A stretch of 64,000 nt of DNA from the NCBI GenBank assembly GCA_051362555.1, contig CM120644.1, positions 4,348,954 to 4,412,953 on the forward strand. The letters run 5' to 3'. Position 1 is the first letter of the stretch, and the number at the start of each line of letters is the position of its first letter. The notes beneath the pieces were generated by a model. That model searched no databases. It was not told where the DNA came from and worked only from the letters and a program-made list of their open reading frames with translations. Positions 1-12,623 of the stretch are shown here, piece by piece. A program made the translations under genes and the position numbers. This DNA comes from Lingula anatina (Eukaryota; Animalia; Brachiopoda).

Positions 1-510
1 GAAGCATGGAGCCTTCTTCGTACATTTCTTTTGCTAACCTCGAGCTGCAAACTGCGCGAGCAGTGCAACGCTAATTTCCTGCACGCTCAAACCTCCTAAG
101 TCTTGACAGCATAAAAAGACGCCTGTCGTCTCTGGCATTAGTATTCCTTAAGCGGCCACTTCGGTGTAACTTATGGGCATCACCTGTGTCCACAATCCTT
201 CTGCAAACCTATACACAGTCTTACGAGATACACCATATCTGGCAGCTATCTGGGTAACATTGATACCCTCCTCCCTCTGAGAAACAATTTCATTTCTTTC
301 TTCATTTGTGAGCTCCCGTACCTTCACCATGGTGGCAATGTGACAGCTAGAAGGACCTTTTACCCTCGGAGGCACCTTTTATAGTACACATGGGTGAAAA
401 TCCATCACAGTTAAAGCGAGCAATAAACCAAAAAAAAAAAAAAACATTAATCTAACGGGTCCCCCATGTCACTTAGAGCACTATGTTGCGATACTTCTGT
501 CACCCCTCTG
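1..510 (-). mobile_element. Degenerate Tc1/mariner element, 5' end (runs off the window start)
   Basis: ATG at 330 encodes a paired-like HTH (MVKVRELTNEERNEIV...QIAARYGVSRKTVYR). After a frameshift it continues SGRLRNTNARDDRRL (GRPR-like) and, past an in-frame TAG, NVRRRLH. TATAAAA lies at ~378-384 on the minus strand and a Tc1-like terminus CAGAGGGGTGACAGAAGTAT starts at 510. Confidence 0.8.
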
Positions 511-666
511 AACGCATTTGCACGTGTCCGCATTTCGAGACGTTTATCCGTAAACGAAATATTTCCAACAATCACTTATGTGCAAGACGTTTATTTTCGC
601 AGTAATAAAAAATACCCATAGTGCCACGTCCATGTAACTTATTGCTCACCTGCGCCTTAGATATTT

Positions 667-1770
667 TCATTTCCCCTGCTTGGGTGTACTGTATGATTTT
701 ACGTTACACGCTTCCTCTTTAGTCAAAGTGCCGTTCAGGACCGCCCACAATACGCTCGTGGGTGCACGGTGAACAGCGAACGACCTCATGAACCTGCACT
801 TGCTTCTTAAAATGTTGCGATAATGTGTCGCGGGGGAAAACCAAAAGTTAACATTGTGTTTAAGTTTGATACCATTCGCGCGGGCTATATGCCCCATGTA
901 CACGTCTTCTATGAACAGATGTTGAGTGAGAGACGCAGAGTTAATGACACGTACCACATCAAAAGAAAAAAGCGTCGCAAATCCTGAAACAAAATCAGGA
1001 AAGTTGCTCCAGGGGTATTGTTCGGGTGACTGATAATACTTGTTTTTTGGGTCCCTTTGTGGAGCGTGTTTGTCTGAGAGTATGTACCCTTCCAAAAGCG
1101 ACGACTGGGAGTCTTTGGGAAGACTCGTGAGATAATCCATGATTTCCCGGATGTTGGTAGTTACATCATGTCCGTTTCTCAGGACGAACTTTGCGTTCCC
1201 GCAGAGTTCAACGGCCCAGCGAAAAGCAAGTAAAGTCTTAAGCGTGTAATTTTTATAAGAATCGACGAAATCGATTATAACGGTGTCCTTATAATGTAAT
1301 CCTTCAGCTACGGCATCTTCATCTACTGTTTTGTAGCCGGTTTTCCCAAGAAAAAAGATGGTTTTGATTCGTCTGCCAAGATACTGCTTCCAACTACCGC
1401 AAGTTTTGCGATAAGCAGCTCTCGTTTTCACATCTTGCGGGTTCGAGATGACCAAAACTAGCAGATATGGGTCGTCTGCCGCAGTGCATTCTTGGTTTAC
1501 TACGTATCTGTATTTCTTCAAGTGGTACCAGTATTCTGGCGCCATTTTCGCCGAGCACACATCCAGCGGGACTTTACAGTGGGTGTCCAAGGCCGTATGA
1601 TTAGGCGTGGGGCCATCTGTTATATATCTCATAGTATTCTCAATCTGAAAACTCCTTGTTTTAACACGGCTCCTCTGATATGCTATTCTATTATACTGAT
1701 ACCAAAGTGCGGCGAATCCCCAAATTACAACAAAATAGGCTACCGCGCCTACTATCCTCCGTGCAGTCAT
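667..1770 (-). CDS. GT31 family beta-1,3-galactosyltransferase-like type II membrane protein (paralog 1), single coding exon
   Basis: N-terminal TM, then LLVLVIS, FFLG, DFVDSYKNYTLKT, FRWA..C, QRDPKNKYY, YP...FPDFVSG, IEDVYMG and a C-terminal AVH. The DDD motif reads GHD. Confidence 0.92.
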   Translation of the reverse strand: MTARRIVGAVAYFVVIWGFAALWYQYNRIAYQRSRVKTRSFQIENTMRYITDGPTPNHTALDTHCKVPLDVCSAKMAPEYWYHLKKYRYVVNQECTAADDPYLLVLVISNPQDVKTRAAYRKTCGSWKQYLGRRIKTIFFLGKTGYKTVDEDAVAEGLHYKDTVIIDFVDSYKNYTLKTLLAFRWAVELCGNAKFVLRNGHDVTTNIREIMDYLTSLPKDSQSSLLEGYILSDKHAPQRDPKNKYYQSPEQYPWSNFPDFVSGFATLFSFDVVRVINSASLTQHLFIEDVYMGHIARANGIKLKHNVNFWFSPATHYRNILRSKCRFMRSFAVHRAPTSVLWAVLNGTLTKEEACNVKSYSTPKQGK

Positions 1771-2274
1771 GGTTTCACACTATAAATGGGCCTGAGCACT
1801 AAGATATAAAATGTCTTTCTTGAGAGGAACTAATTGTTTATAAATAGATAAATTTGTGCCAGGTCGTGTCCAAATTCACATCGATTGTCTCTATGAGCCT
1901 TGCCAACGGATTGTGAAAATGATTTACCCTGAAATACACGGTATTGCAGATCGGTCGGAGACAACAGATTTGTTATCTCCCAGATATAGTACGTCCGGTG
2001 TCACGGAACTGACGGTCTGTTTGACAGAAAGTCCGCCCTCCATATAGCTATAATTGATAGGGTTAGTTTGACCTAAGTGGGTCAAAATCTAGGGCGAGGC
2101 TCAACTGTACAAATGAATGGGAAGCGGACTCTCTGTCAAGGGGGACTTTCAGGTACATAACACATGAAATAAATTTCCTCATAGACCAATGTCCCTGCAG
2201 CGTCCTACGGCCACAGACCTGTAAAATTGTTTGAGGCAATTTACATAATACAGTTCCAACACCAACAACCTCAA

Positions 2275-2577
2275 CAAGGGTGGATTCAGGATTTTTTGAA
2301 GGGGAGGGGAGAAGTCCGAGGATGCGAAGCCGACCCCCCTCCCACCTCATTGGCGTGGGGTTCGGGGCCCGCCGAAGGGCCCCCAATTTTTTTTTTTTTT
2401 TTTTTTTTAGAGGGCGAACAAAGTCATTTGGTACGGCTTAGAGCTTTAACTCAGCTTATTGTCAAAATTCTGATTCCAAGAGGGGAAAATTAGTGTGATT
2501 TTTTCAGAGACTGGAGGGGGGAGGGGGGTCAGGACCCCCCTGACCCCCCCCCCCTCTCATTCTGGACCGCTTCAATG
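2275..2577. mobile_element. Non-autonomous DNA element (MITE-like) with GC-rich ends
   Basis: Begins caagggtggattcagg plus G-runs and ends with C-runs plus ctggaccgc. A similar terminus (cctggatccgcgcctg) occurs at ~31240-31290. Confidence 0.45.
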
Positions 2578-5500
2578 GGCTCTAACTCTCATGGCCATTG
2601 CACTGGTAATACAGCACCGACCGAGTTTTGATCATCTAAGGCTTTTCAACATTTTTCATTTTATATCCACTTTTGTACAGTTTTATGCAGCTCACCATGA
2701 TGATTGCTTCTAACACGTTGCTGGGGGAGGGAGGTGCGAACTCCTTTATCAATAAAATGGCCACAAGGGTAGAGAGTAGATTATGCAACGTGTACATGAT
2801 TTCGAGATTTACTTCTCCAGGCAAGGATTCGAAGCATCTGGGGAAATGTGTGGTTAACAATCACGGCATACTAGCAAGTGCCTTGCAACAAAAATACGTT
2901 ATATAGTTCTAAACATGCAAGCGGCGTTTCGCAAGAAATGGAAGAAACAAGGGTTACAGATAATAGCAGACCAAAGTGGGTGCTGTTCGACAACAAATAA
3001 AAGCTGACAGAATTTATCCACGTCTTTATTTTTAACACAGTGTATTAATGATTGTTTTCCTTAAAGGTTGTCGAATTACAGTATTGCACAATGGAATAAA
3101 TTCAGCATGGTCTGCATGTCATTTTGTAAAACGCTTTAATTTCGACACTGACTCATAGTGTTTTATCCTTATCAATACAATCTTTACTCCACCTCACGCG
3201 GATTCTCACGAGCTTTCCTATATCGTGTGACGTCACGCAGCGCCGACCATCTCGTTTTGGGTTATCTAATTCATGCTCCCCATTTAATTGAAATTATTGT
3301 CAAGAACATTCACCAGACAATCGAGCTCAATGTAATTAATTAAGTTGATTAGCGCTGCACATTTTATTAGGTGTTGTTATGAAATACCGTACACTTTGCT
3401 TTTCTCCATATACAATTTTGTTTTATAACAAGTGATTATACATGTAGTTTATATGAGCACCTCTTGGTGGGGGGGGGGGGGGGGAGGGGGGGTGCAGTGC
3501 AAACGGATAAAATTGCCAGCAAATATTAAAACATAGATGATTTTTTACAATGGTATATAGAGCACGGGATTGGAGATGTTGATTGGTATAGTCACGCGAT
3601 GCTCGTTATATAGTTTATTCCTTTCCGTTCCTTGTTTTTCTGTGTGGTGGAAGAAAAGCTCCCCGCAGGTTCTGCCGTTGATCCCTACCTCAATTAACCG
3701 CATTTCTGTTTATTCCGTCAGCCCACTTAAATTTCTTAATTATCTCAAAAAGACAATGCATGTTGTACCTTATGGCCCTTTAATCCCATTGATGGCCGTA
3801 GACGTTATAATTAACAGCTGTGAGTTCGCCCAAAAGCGTCAAATCATTACCCGGTACATTAGAGCAGCTAATAACGCTCGCAATGGTGTTTGCTCTGTTT
3901 AATAAGGGTTTTACAACCCAGCCAAGACAATAAAAGCATCGGGCATCTCTTACCTAGGGCACGTTGGTAGACGGAATTCCTCCATCCTGGAAATCTGTTT
4001 CTTGGATAACTAACGCAATTATGTGGCTGAACCTTGACCTATTTTTTAGATCAGGAATTGTAAACAAGTTTTAATATTTACTACGTGCCCGTTCGCATTT
4101 GGACAAGAAACGTTCTAACACGAAAAGCGGTATGCATCAGTCTCTGCTTTGAAGAAAATAGGGTATGCAGACAAGAACCTTTGGGTGTTCTGCCAAGAAG
4201 GCCAAGTTTGGTTCTCCGAACACATGCACAATTGGTTGGGGGTTGGGGGGTGGGGGGGTGGGGGGGCAGGATGTTTAGAGGCTGCAAACTGCATCATGTG
4301 TGTCACCTTCTCGTCCGGTTGAAACAAGTAACGAAAAGTTTCAAGATAGCAAGTTATCAATCTTCCATGGACAAGGATATGTTGTTGGCATTTCCTTCTC
4401 TAATCACTTGGTATTTAAATGAGTGTTTAGCTTCCACCGTGTGTTAAATGTTCTTGGTTCACCTAGGGTATTAAAATTGTTATGGAATCCTTGCGTAATG
4501 ATGAAGCTATAGGATAAGTGCCGTTTAATCTAATTTATTGAGAGAGTTGTATGAAGTATAATGAGGGCTCGTGGCTTTGCCTCGTCAGTTTTATTTATGA
4601 AGTCCTCCATTTTTATCGCTGAAACTACTTAAGTCACCTGTTTGTTTCACAAGTTTTTTTTTTCTGTAGTCTGTCAACGTATGTTACATTTACCAATTTT
4701 CCCGGCAATAACCTATCGTTGACTCTGACATTAATCAAATAATTGTGTCCATGATAGTTTTGTCCATGCAGAAATGACATATATTATTTCTATTTATAGA
4801 TAAAACCCCTCAACGCTTAAATGGACATCCGGTCGCGCAGTACTCACGGACAGACGGGCAAGTGATAATTTGAACTCCACGTGGGCCGTTGCAAAAGCGG
4901 CCTTGAAAAAAAAATACACAGCAGGCTTAAATTCCACTGTCGCCGTTACACAACTACATCAAAGTGGACGTGATTGCCAGCATTCTTGACGTATCTGTTA
5001 CAATTACAGATCTCATTGTGCGACAGAGGGGCATTTTGTCATCATTTTCTCCGTGAACAGGAAGTGTGTCTTCTTTCTCTTCTCAATTTTTCTTCGCTGG
5101 TGTGACCCCGGTCTGAGCCAGCACACATCCTGTATAACAGGAATGCGTTCACTTAATATTATGTGAACTCTGCCGTGCTATTAAAGAGGAAGGCTTCTGA
5201 CTCCGCTTACTAGAACGAGATTGAACGTTATGAGAAGCAACACGATATAACATAGGGACATATCTTATCCCGAACTTCTGTTGACAGGTAGCACAGAAAG
5301 TTCAAGTTCTGGTAGCACATTGTGGATGATAAGATATATCGTACGCCTGGTTGATATCACGAGGACATTCCTGTTTTAGATGTACGTTTGGAGTGATTGA
5401 AATGAAGATCTAGTTCATTGCTGGGTTGCGCTACTCACGGCTGATAACTACTGGTTGCTGACAGTCACACAGCATGAAGAAAATCAGGTTATATTATGAC

Positions 5501-5736
5501 CCCAACCATTAAAAGTGGGTAAGATGCAGAAACAGAACCATTATACATTGACGTAATCGTGTGTCAAATGGCATTTAATTTGTTCAGTGGAGAATGATTT
5601 AATAACTAAAACGGGGAGAGAGAAAGAGGCCGATATAAACGATATCGGTGTTAACACATTGTTTAACGTTGCACATTTGAAGTGAACGCTTGCATTCAGC
5701 CTTCCCTTTTCAACGTAACGGGACGTATTGTGGATC

Positions 5737-5885
5737 ATGGGCAGCCGTACGGCAGATGGTGTAACACATGCACTAACTCCTGAACAGATCCTGCAGCAGC
5801 TGAACCAGAGCTTGGAGCTGATCTGCAAGGCAAAGGCCAAGTTTTTGGATTTCTACCCGGGTAAGTGGGATGATAGGTCAACACT

Positions 5886-5921
<36 letters not shown>

Positions 5922-7243
5922 TAGATTGATACTACCTTTATCGCCCCGAAAGTCTGAATGTTATTTTAAACAGCCGACGATGACCCTGAGTTTCAGAGGT
6001 CAGTAGAATCCCTATTATTAGGACATCTGAAAGGGTAAGTTTTCCTTGACCCTTGCCACCCAGGACGAGAGAGTTTGCCGTATCTCAGAACAAGATGGGA
6101 GAAATGACTTTCCAGGTATTTAACATCAGCATACTGTATTTAGTTATCAATCAAAGTCTAAATACGTGTTTCCAGACAAGCTGGGCCGACTTAACTTGAC
6201 ACGTGCCATCTTAGGCTTGTTGTTTCATACCATAGAGAAAAGACCTGTTAAGCATTTCATTCTAAATTCGTGTAGATAGGTTCTCTATTTGGTTATATAC
6301 GTCCTAAATATAGGTATATATTTCTGGGTCATTTTTGAAGTGAACTAAGTGAGTTGGCATATTTCTGTCGAGTTCCTGTTAGTATTGGGCAACTGGCCTG
6401 TTTGTTGGTAGCTGGATATCTCATTAGCGCTAAGATTTATCGTAATATGGTAGGCCTATATGTAGATTGGTATTTTTGCTTGTGGTCGGTTCTGTAGTTT
6501 ACAGAGTCGTAACTAAATTCATAGTTAACTGTGTTGATTTCTTATTTATTTGTTACTGGTTTACTGACTGACCGATACTTATTGATGTATGCATATGTTT
6601 ACTGATTCATCTGTTTATTAATGCATTCTTTTTTAACATGTTCCGGTAATTCCTTAATTCCAGAAGAATGATACATTAAAAGTGAGTTTCTAGATTGGGT
6701 ATTCCTGAAATTGTCCGAGTGAACTTTTGAATAAAATATCAATTATTCGATACATTCACTGATTAATTTTAATTTCATGAATATTGTATTTTTTCTATTT
6801 TTCATTTAATTTATCTATTTGTCCGTTTAATTGTATTTGTTTGTTTGTTAATTCTTTTATTCAATTGTCTGTTAGTCGTTTTACTGTTAGACTTTTCAGA
6901 AAGTTTCTGTCTCTCTTGGTGTGATTTCCTCGCTATATGTGCCCTCAACACGTGGCCACGCGCTAGGATCTATCATACAATGTTAGTTTAATAGGGCCCC
7001 AAGCACAGGTTCTAGTCAACAGAGCTTGTTAATAAGCTTTCATTTTTTTTTACCAATGAACAGCCGTATAGTGCCAGGCATTTTATTATCCCGGTCTTTA
7101 AGTATATGCTTGTATGCCTGAAAAAAACTACTCTCTCTCTCTCTCTCTTTCGTTTTCTCTCTCTCTCTCTCTCTCTCTCGTTTTTTCTCTCTCTCTCTCT
7201 CTCTCTCTCTCGTTTTTTCTCTCTCTCTCTCTCTCTCTCGTTT

Positions 7244-7280
<37 letters not shown>

Positions 7281-10200
7281 ATGCAAATCAATCGTTTTAG
7301 GACTTTGGTGGGGGGCAGAGGAGAAGAGGGGGGTTACACAGGATAGAAATAATTTGCACGGCTCTTAAGTACACTACACAAACGCACGCACAGACACACC
7401 AGGTAAGTAGGGTGCATTTTAAGTATGTGTGCGTGTGTGCATGCGTGCCTGTGTGGTAAAAATAGCGGAAAATATATGAGATGAGAGATCTGTTTAATGA
7501 TGAATTTTATTTGAGAATCAGACAAAAATGATGCTCAGATTGAAAGACCCTCCCCCTCTCCCGAAGCTCAAGCACCAAAACGATTGTAATTGTTGCGATA
7601 CGTGAGTCATTGATAATGATTCATGCAATTGACAATAATGTAATACAGCTATTTTTCAAAGAGCGAATTGAGCAAGGGAATCATTACAGAAGGGTATGTG
7701 AATGCATAAATAGATAGATGGCTTTCTTTGGCTATAAAGGTCAAAATAATGTACAAAGCAAATATTTATTTTTTTAAAAAGAACAAAAAGGGGAATGCCG
7801 GGTTCTATTTGCCTTATTGATTCGATCCTGCACTTATGACTGATGTGCTTGAAAAATAAACTTGGGTCGCGCGTGTACGTGTGTGCGTGGAGGGGGGGGG
7901 GGATGACCACGCGATTCCCCAGATGCTACTCCTATGGCATCGGGGGATTATTTCCACCCATGGCTGAGAGAGGCTAATACGTGGGAGACCTGCTGCCACA
8001 GGGATCACAACCCACAGATGTTATTTTCATCCTTTCCCTCTTAAAAATTCCAAACTCATGGGTTTTCTTTGCCTAGATCAGATTCACACAACTATAAGCC
8101 GCTATTTCGCTGCTTATATAAAACTAGACAAATTGATATGGTATAATTGAATAAAGTATAATTTCATGGTTTACTTTGCACAGCGCACAAGCTAGGGTAT
8201 ATGCCTGTACAAAATTACCAACAAAGCGAAGTGAAATATATCATTTCATTTCTACCAGGTAGAATACGGGTAGCACTAGGAGTGCAACAATATGAATACG
8301 ATAAACATTAAGACCAAGAACAGCGTTGTTAACCCGCAGGAATACCATGTACATCACACTGGCTGTTGATGTTTACAGTGAAATATGTTTTCAAATACTT
8401 TCAATATATGTTCTCTTTTCCCAATGCTACCAGAATCATATGTCTGCTTTCGTGGTAGGTTGGAGAACGGTTGTCGTAGACTCCGTTCACATGAAAAATC
8501 TATTTTCTAAAAGTCTATTTTCTATTCGCGGTATCTTGTGATCACTCCGAGCGCAGCCGAGAATTAATTACAGCTTTGGAAGTAACTGGCTCGCACTGCC
8601 AGTGATTACGCCGCGGGGTATTCAGGGCACAGACCGTGATCACAAGATACCGCGAATAGAAAATGGATTTTTAGAAGATAGATTTTTCATATGAACGAAG
8701 CCTTATTGTTTTTATAACTGACAAACGAATAAACATTTGTTCCAGTAAATGTATGCAGGTGCATCAGTTGCAACAAATCGATCAACCGGACAATAGTTAA
8801 AAATACAAGCGGTAGAGAATAAATAAGCAAAATTTAAAAATGTTGCAAATCGCGATCTGATCCTTACATGTATGTAAAAATCAAAACAGCTCCTCTTGGG
8901 TTCATTATCTTTCTTCAAAAGTAAATAATCAAATAAATAGAAAACTCTAAAACTGTGGCCTCTATTGACTGACAATAAAAAAGAAGAAAAAAATCGCAAA
9001 CCAGCAGACCAATACACTTGAAGACGTGTTTTTTCGCAAGTAATAAATATAATGTAGAATATATGTCTATATTCATGTACTACCGCACATTTATTCAAAA
9101 TACGGAGTGAAAACGTCTCAGTTGCCTATTCCTTCATTGCTTAATGCCTTGGGGGTTCTTCTCGTACAGCACGGTTGTCATATTCATTTTTTGGTCTGGA
9201 TTTGAAGACTTACGTTAATTGATAAACCAGGAGTCGTACATATTGTGCTGGTTTCCTTTTCTTTTGTTTTGTTGTGACTAATTCTACCGATGCCATTTAA
9301 ATCACTAAAAACAACATTTTCACCCTGCGTCACGTGCTGGCGGAATGAAAGGTTGCCTCAGAAACGAGATATTTAATAGGCTATTTTTCTTTTCACCTAT
9401 ATACATGTACACAGTTTGTTCAGATTGGGTGGAGGCATGATTTTAAGTATTAATTTTATATCATCAACCTATAAATCCTGCATTGTAGTGGGGTGGGCAC
9501 TGTTAGTGAAGCGTTGCACCATCTTTCTCCACACACACACTCACACACTCACGCACACACACACACACGCGCACACACACATACACGCATGCGCGTAGTT
9601 GTACTCCACTGTCAGATAAGATATGCCGGTATGTTCTTTTTAGTTTGTGGAAGCGACAAGATCAAACAGAACACCGGAAAGATGATTTTTCATCAATCGT
9701 CGTCATGGTAATTCAAACACTATACTCCACTCCACATTACCAGAGGTTTACCTGTAAGTGAGGCTGACTGTTTTCAGTTAATGAGCTGCTGTTAAGAGGT
9801 GTAATGGTTAAGACAGGCGTTGGAATCACGTACAGTTAGACGCAATGAATATTCCATGTCATTTTCGTTATACTCAGCATTTATCAGTTACATTGCATGA
9901 CGCGTGCTGGGCCAATTTAAAGAGAGCTCTATCGGTATGTCACCTTTAAAACCGAACAGAGTGGCGTGCATTGATTGTTTTATTGACCTTGCCTGTAAAA
10001 AATGACAGGTATTTCCTTTCAGTAATGACGGTTGAAACGTTATGTTGGTGTGAATAATTATGCGCTTTACACCATTAGTTGGAGTGCCGGAAAATTCTGA
10101 TAATTTTGTGCAAATTTGGTGCAAATCATTTCATTTGTCGTACAGTGACATTCGCGAATCAGTGTTTTCTGGTGCCCAAAGCCAGTTATTTACATGTGTT

Positions 10201-12178
10201 TTCTGGTGATGAAGGGGCCGCTAAGGGCAGTGTTTCTTATTCGTGAAGTAATGGCAAAACTCGCCAGACTGGAAACCTTCGGCGGCCTAGCTTTACTAGT
10301 CTATGGACCAAATGAATGGAACATTCTCCCAATGTACTTAAAAACTATGGAGTCTGAAGGCAATAAGAAAGTTTAAAGTTTTTGTTTGCAACCCAGGAGC
10401 TTTAAGATTATCATCTTACTCATTAAACCTCAATGCGTTAAATTTAGCTAAAACTTAGTCTTTATAAAACCCACACGTATCCGTTCAGCTGCATGAAATG
10501 ATCTATTTCTTTCTAATAAACATATCACTTGTCCTAGGGACCAATTACTTTTCTACTTAGTATATTAAAGGATTTTGCGGTAGTCTGGGCTCCACATTAC
10601 TGAGTGATTTTAAGCGTAATAAAAGCGACACGTAATTGCTTTATTAACTTGATACTGCCGGAATATATCAAATGTTAGCAAGTGCGCTTGGGTGCATACA
10701 TTCTGCACACATAGCCTTCATACTGTGTACGGCAGTGATTAGACAAGGGATCTGACTGTCTTACTGACTGTTTTAACACATTTGGAAAGTCTTAGACCCC
10801 TTTTCCAGAGATTGGATCGATCTACTTTAGATCGACCCAACTCCCTGGGGGTTCACGCTAAATAGCTGTCAGCCGGGCGGACACGAAAGTTAATTACCCC
10901 CTTACAGCTTGTAGTAGGCGGGACGGACATTTAAGCCGGATTATCTGACAGTAATCTAGTGAGACTCCCCGCGGGGATAGATCGATCTAAAAGCTCTGGG
11001 AATACAGCCTAAGAATCGATGCAAATATGAGTTGATAAATGGCAAATTAGATGCACACTGAGATATTAAGACAGTCAGAATTCATTAGAAACCAAGCTCT
11101 ATTACAAGGTAACTTTTCGATAACAGACAGCAGTTGCTAGGGCGGGGGATCCTATAAAGGCACTTTATACCGAAAGTTTGTCGTAACTTAAAGATCTAAA
11201 CTTTGGTCGACTATTGTTCAGGATAAATGTGAAATGCGCCAATCGATACAAATTAACAGTTGGTTGAAATAGTAGCTATTTCTCTCTGCCTATAAAACTG
11301 AGGGCGCGATTTTTAATTTAATTAAGTTTCTACTTACCTACCACTATCAAAGGTCAAGGTAGACTGAAATACTGGTTTAAAATGCTTGGGGCGCGTTCAC
11401 AATGAGTCTATCGCACCAGCTACCGCCCAGAAAACACATAACGTTATTATTGCGTTACCAAAACGTTAATTTTACCAAAATAAACGTTATGGCCACGTTA
11501 TGGTAACGTTATATAACGTTATGTGTTTGCCGAGTGAGCACTAAATCCACAAGGACACTCGCTGAATGCAGCCAGATTAACGTATTTACACGCCTTTCCT
11601 GACGTTGTGCACAATGCAGAGAAGCGGGTGATTAACGAGTTCGTTGAAAAAAGAAGTGTGTTAATCTGTTAATATGCTTGTATTAAGCGAGAATCACCTT
11701 GGAGTTAGTGCACAGTAGCTGTTGCGATAAATTCATTGTGAACTCACCCTTTACTTGAAGTGAATACGGTCGTCACATACATGTACATCTTTTAGCAGGA
11801 ACCGTCATCAGTTCTATCGTTTCAAAATATAAACCCTTTCTTTCATGTTCATACTAGAGCTGCACAGTATTTCACCAACAATGCATTTGCAGTACAGAAT
11901 CTATCTCACATGTAAACAATGTGTGGGCAAGTGAAGGCATATATGATACTGAATTGACTGCTAAGTTACAGGCACATTCAACGAATATGACTCTGTTTCC
12001 CCTGTAAACAGTTTTCTGTATTTTCTTTATTGCAGACGATGGTCATGTGTACTGTAACACGTCATGGCACTCAAACATCTGTTGGCCGATGAGCGCTGCC
12101 GGACAGAGGCTGTCGGCCCGATGTCCAGCAAAATATGCAGGTGTATTTTTGGACAGCACACGTGAGTGCACGCATGAT

Positions 12179-12226
<48 letters not shown>

Positions 12227-12588
12227 TCTGCTCTGCTAGTTATACATGCCTCGTTGTCTTTAGAACTGTTAAACTGTGTGGAAAATCTTACAATGGTAAA
12301 CTGCCTGAATTCAAAAGATGGGCCATGATGATTTGAAACAATATGATTCCATTTAAACTCTTTACCTATAAATCAATTGTCCCTGAAGTGTTACTATTTC
12401 ATTGTTTCATGTTTTTCGTTAACTTTAACATTGTCATCAGGTAGAGCGTGGGAAGGGAGGGGGTACGCTTCGACAAGAGCGTGACGTTTTTACTTGACAC
12501 AGCAACTTGAGAGCCGCGTGTTCCATGTGGTTCACATTTACTGCTAGGGATGCTAGGGAAAAGTGATAGATTACCAGGACATGATATC

Positions 12589-12623
<35 letters not shown>

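Noticed and set aside
7040-7368. ER-rich and LS-rich ORFs
   Set aside because: Translations of the (CT)n microsatellite; the same applies to similar ORFs at 9.4, 12.5, 26.8 and 51.3 kb.
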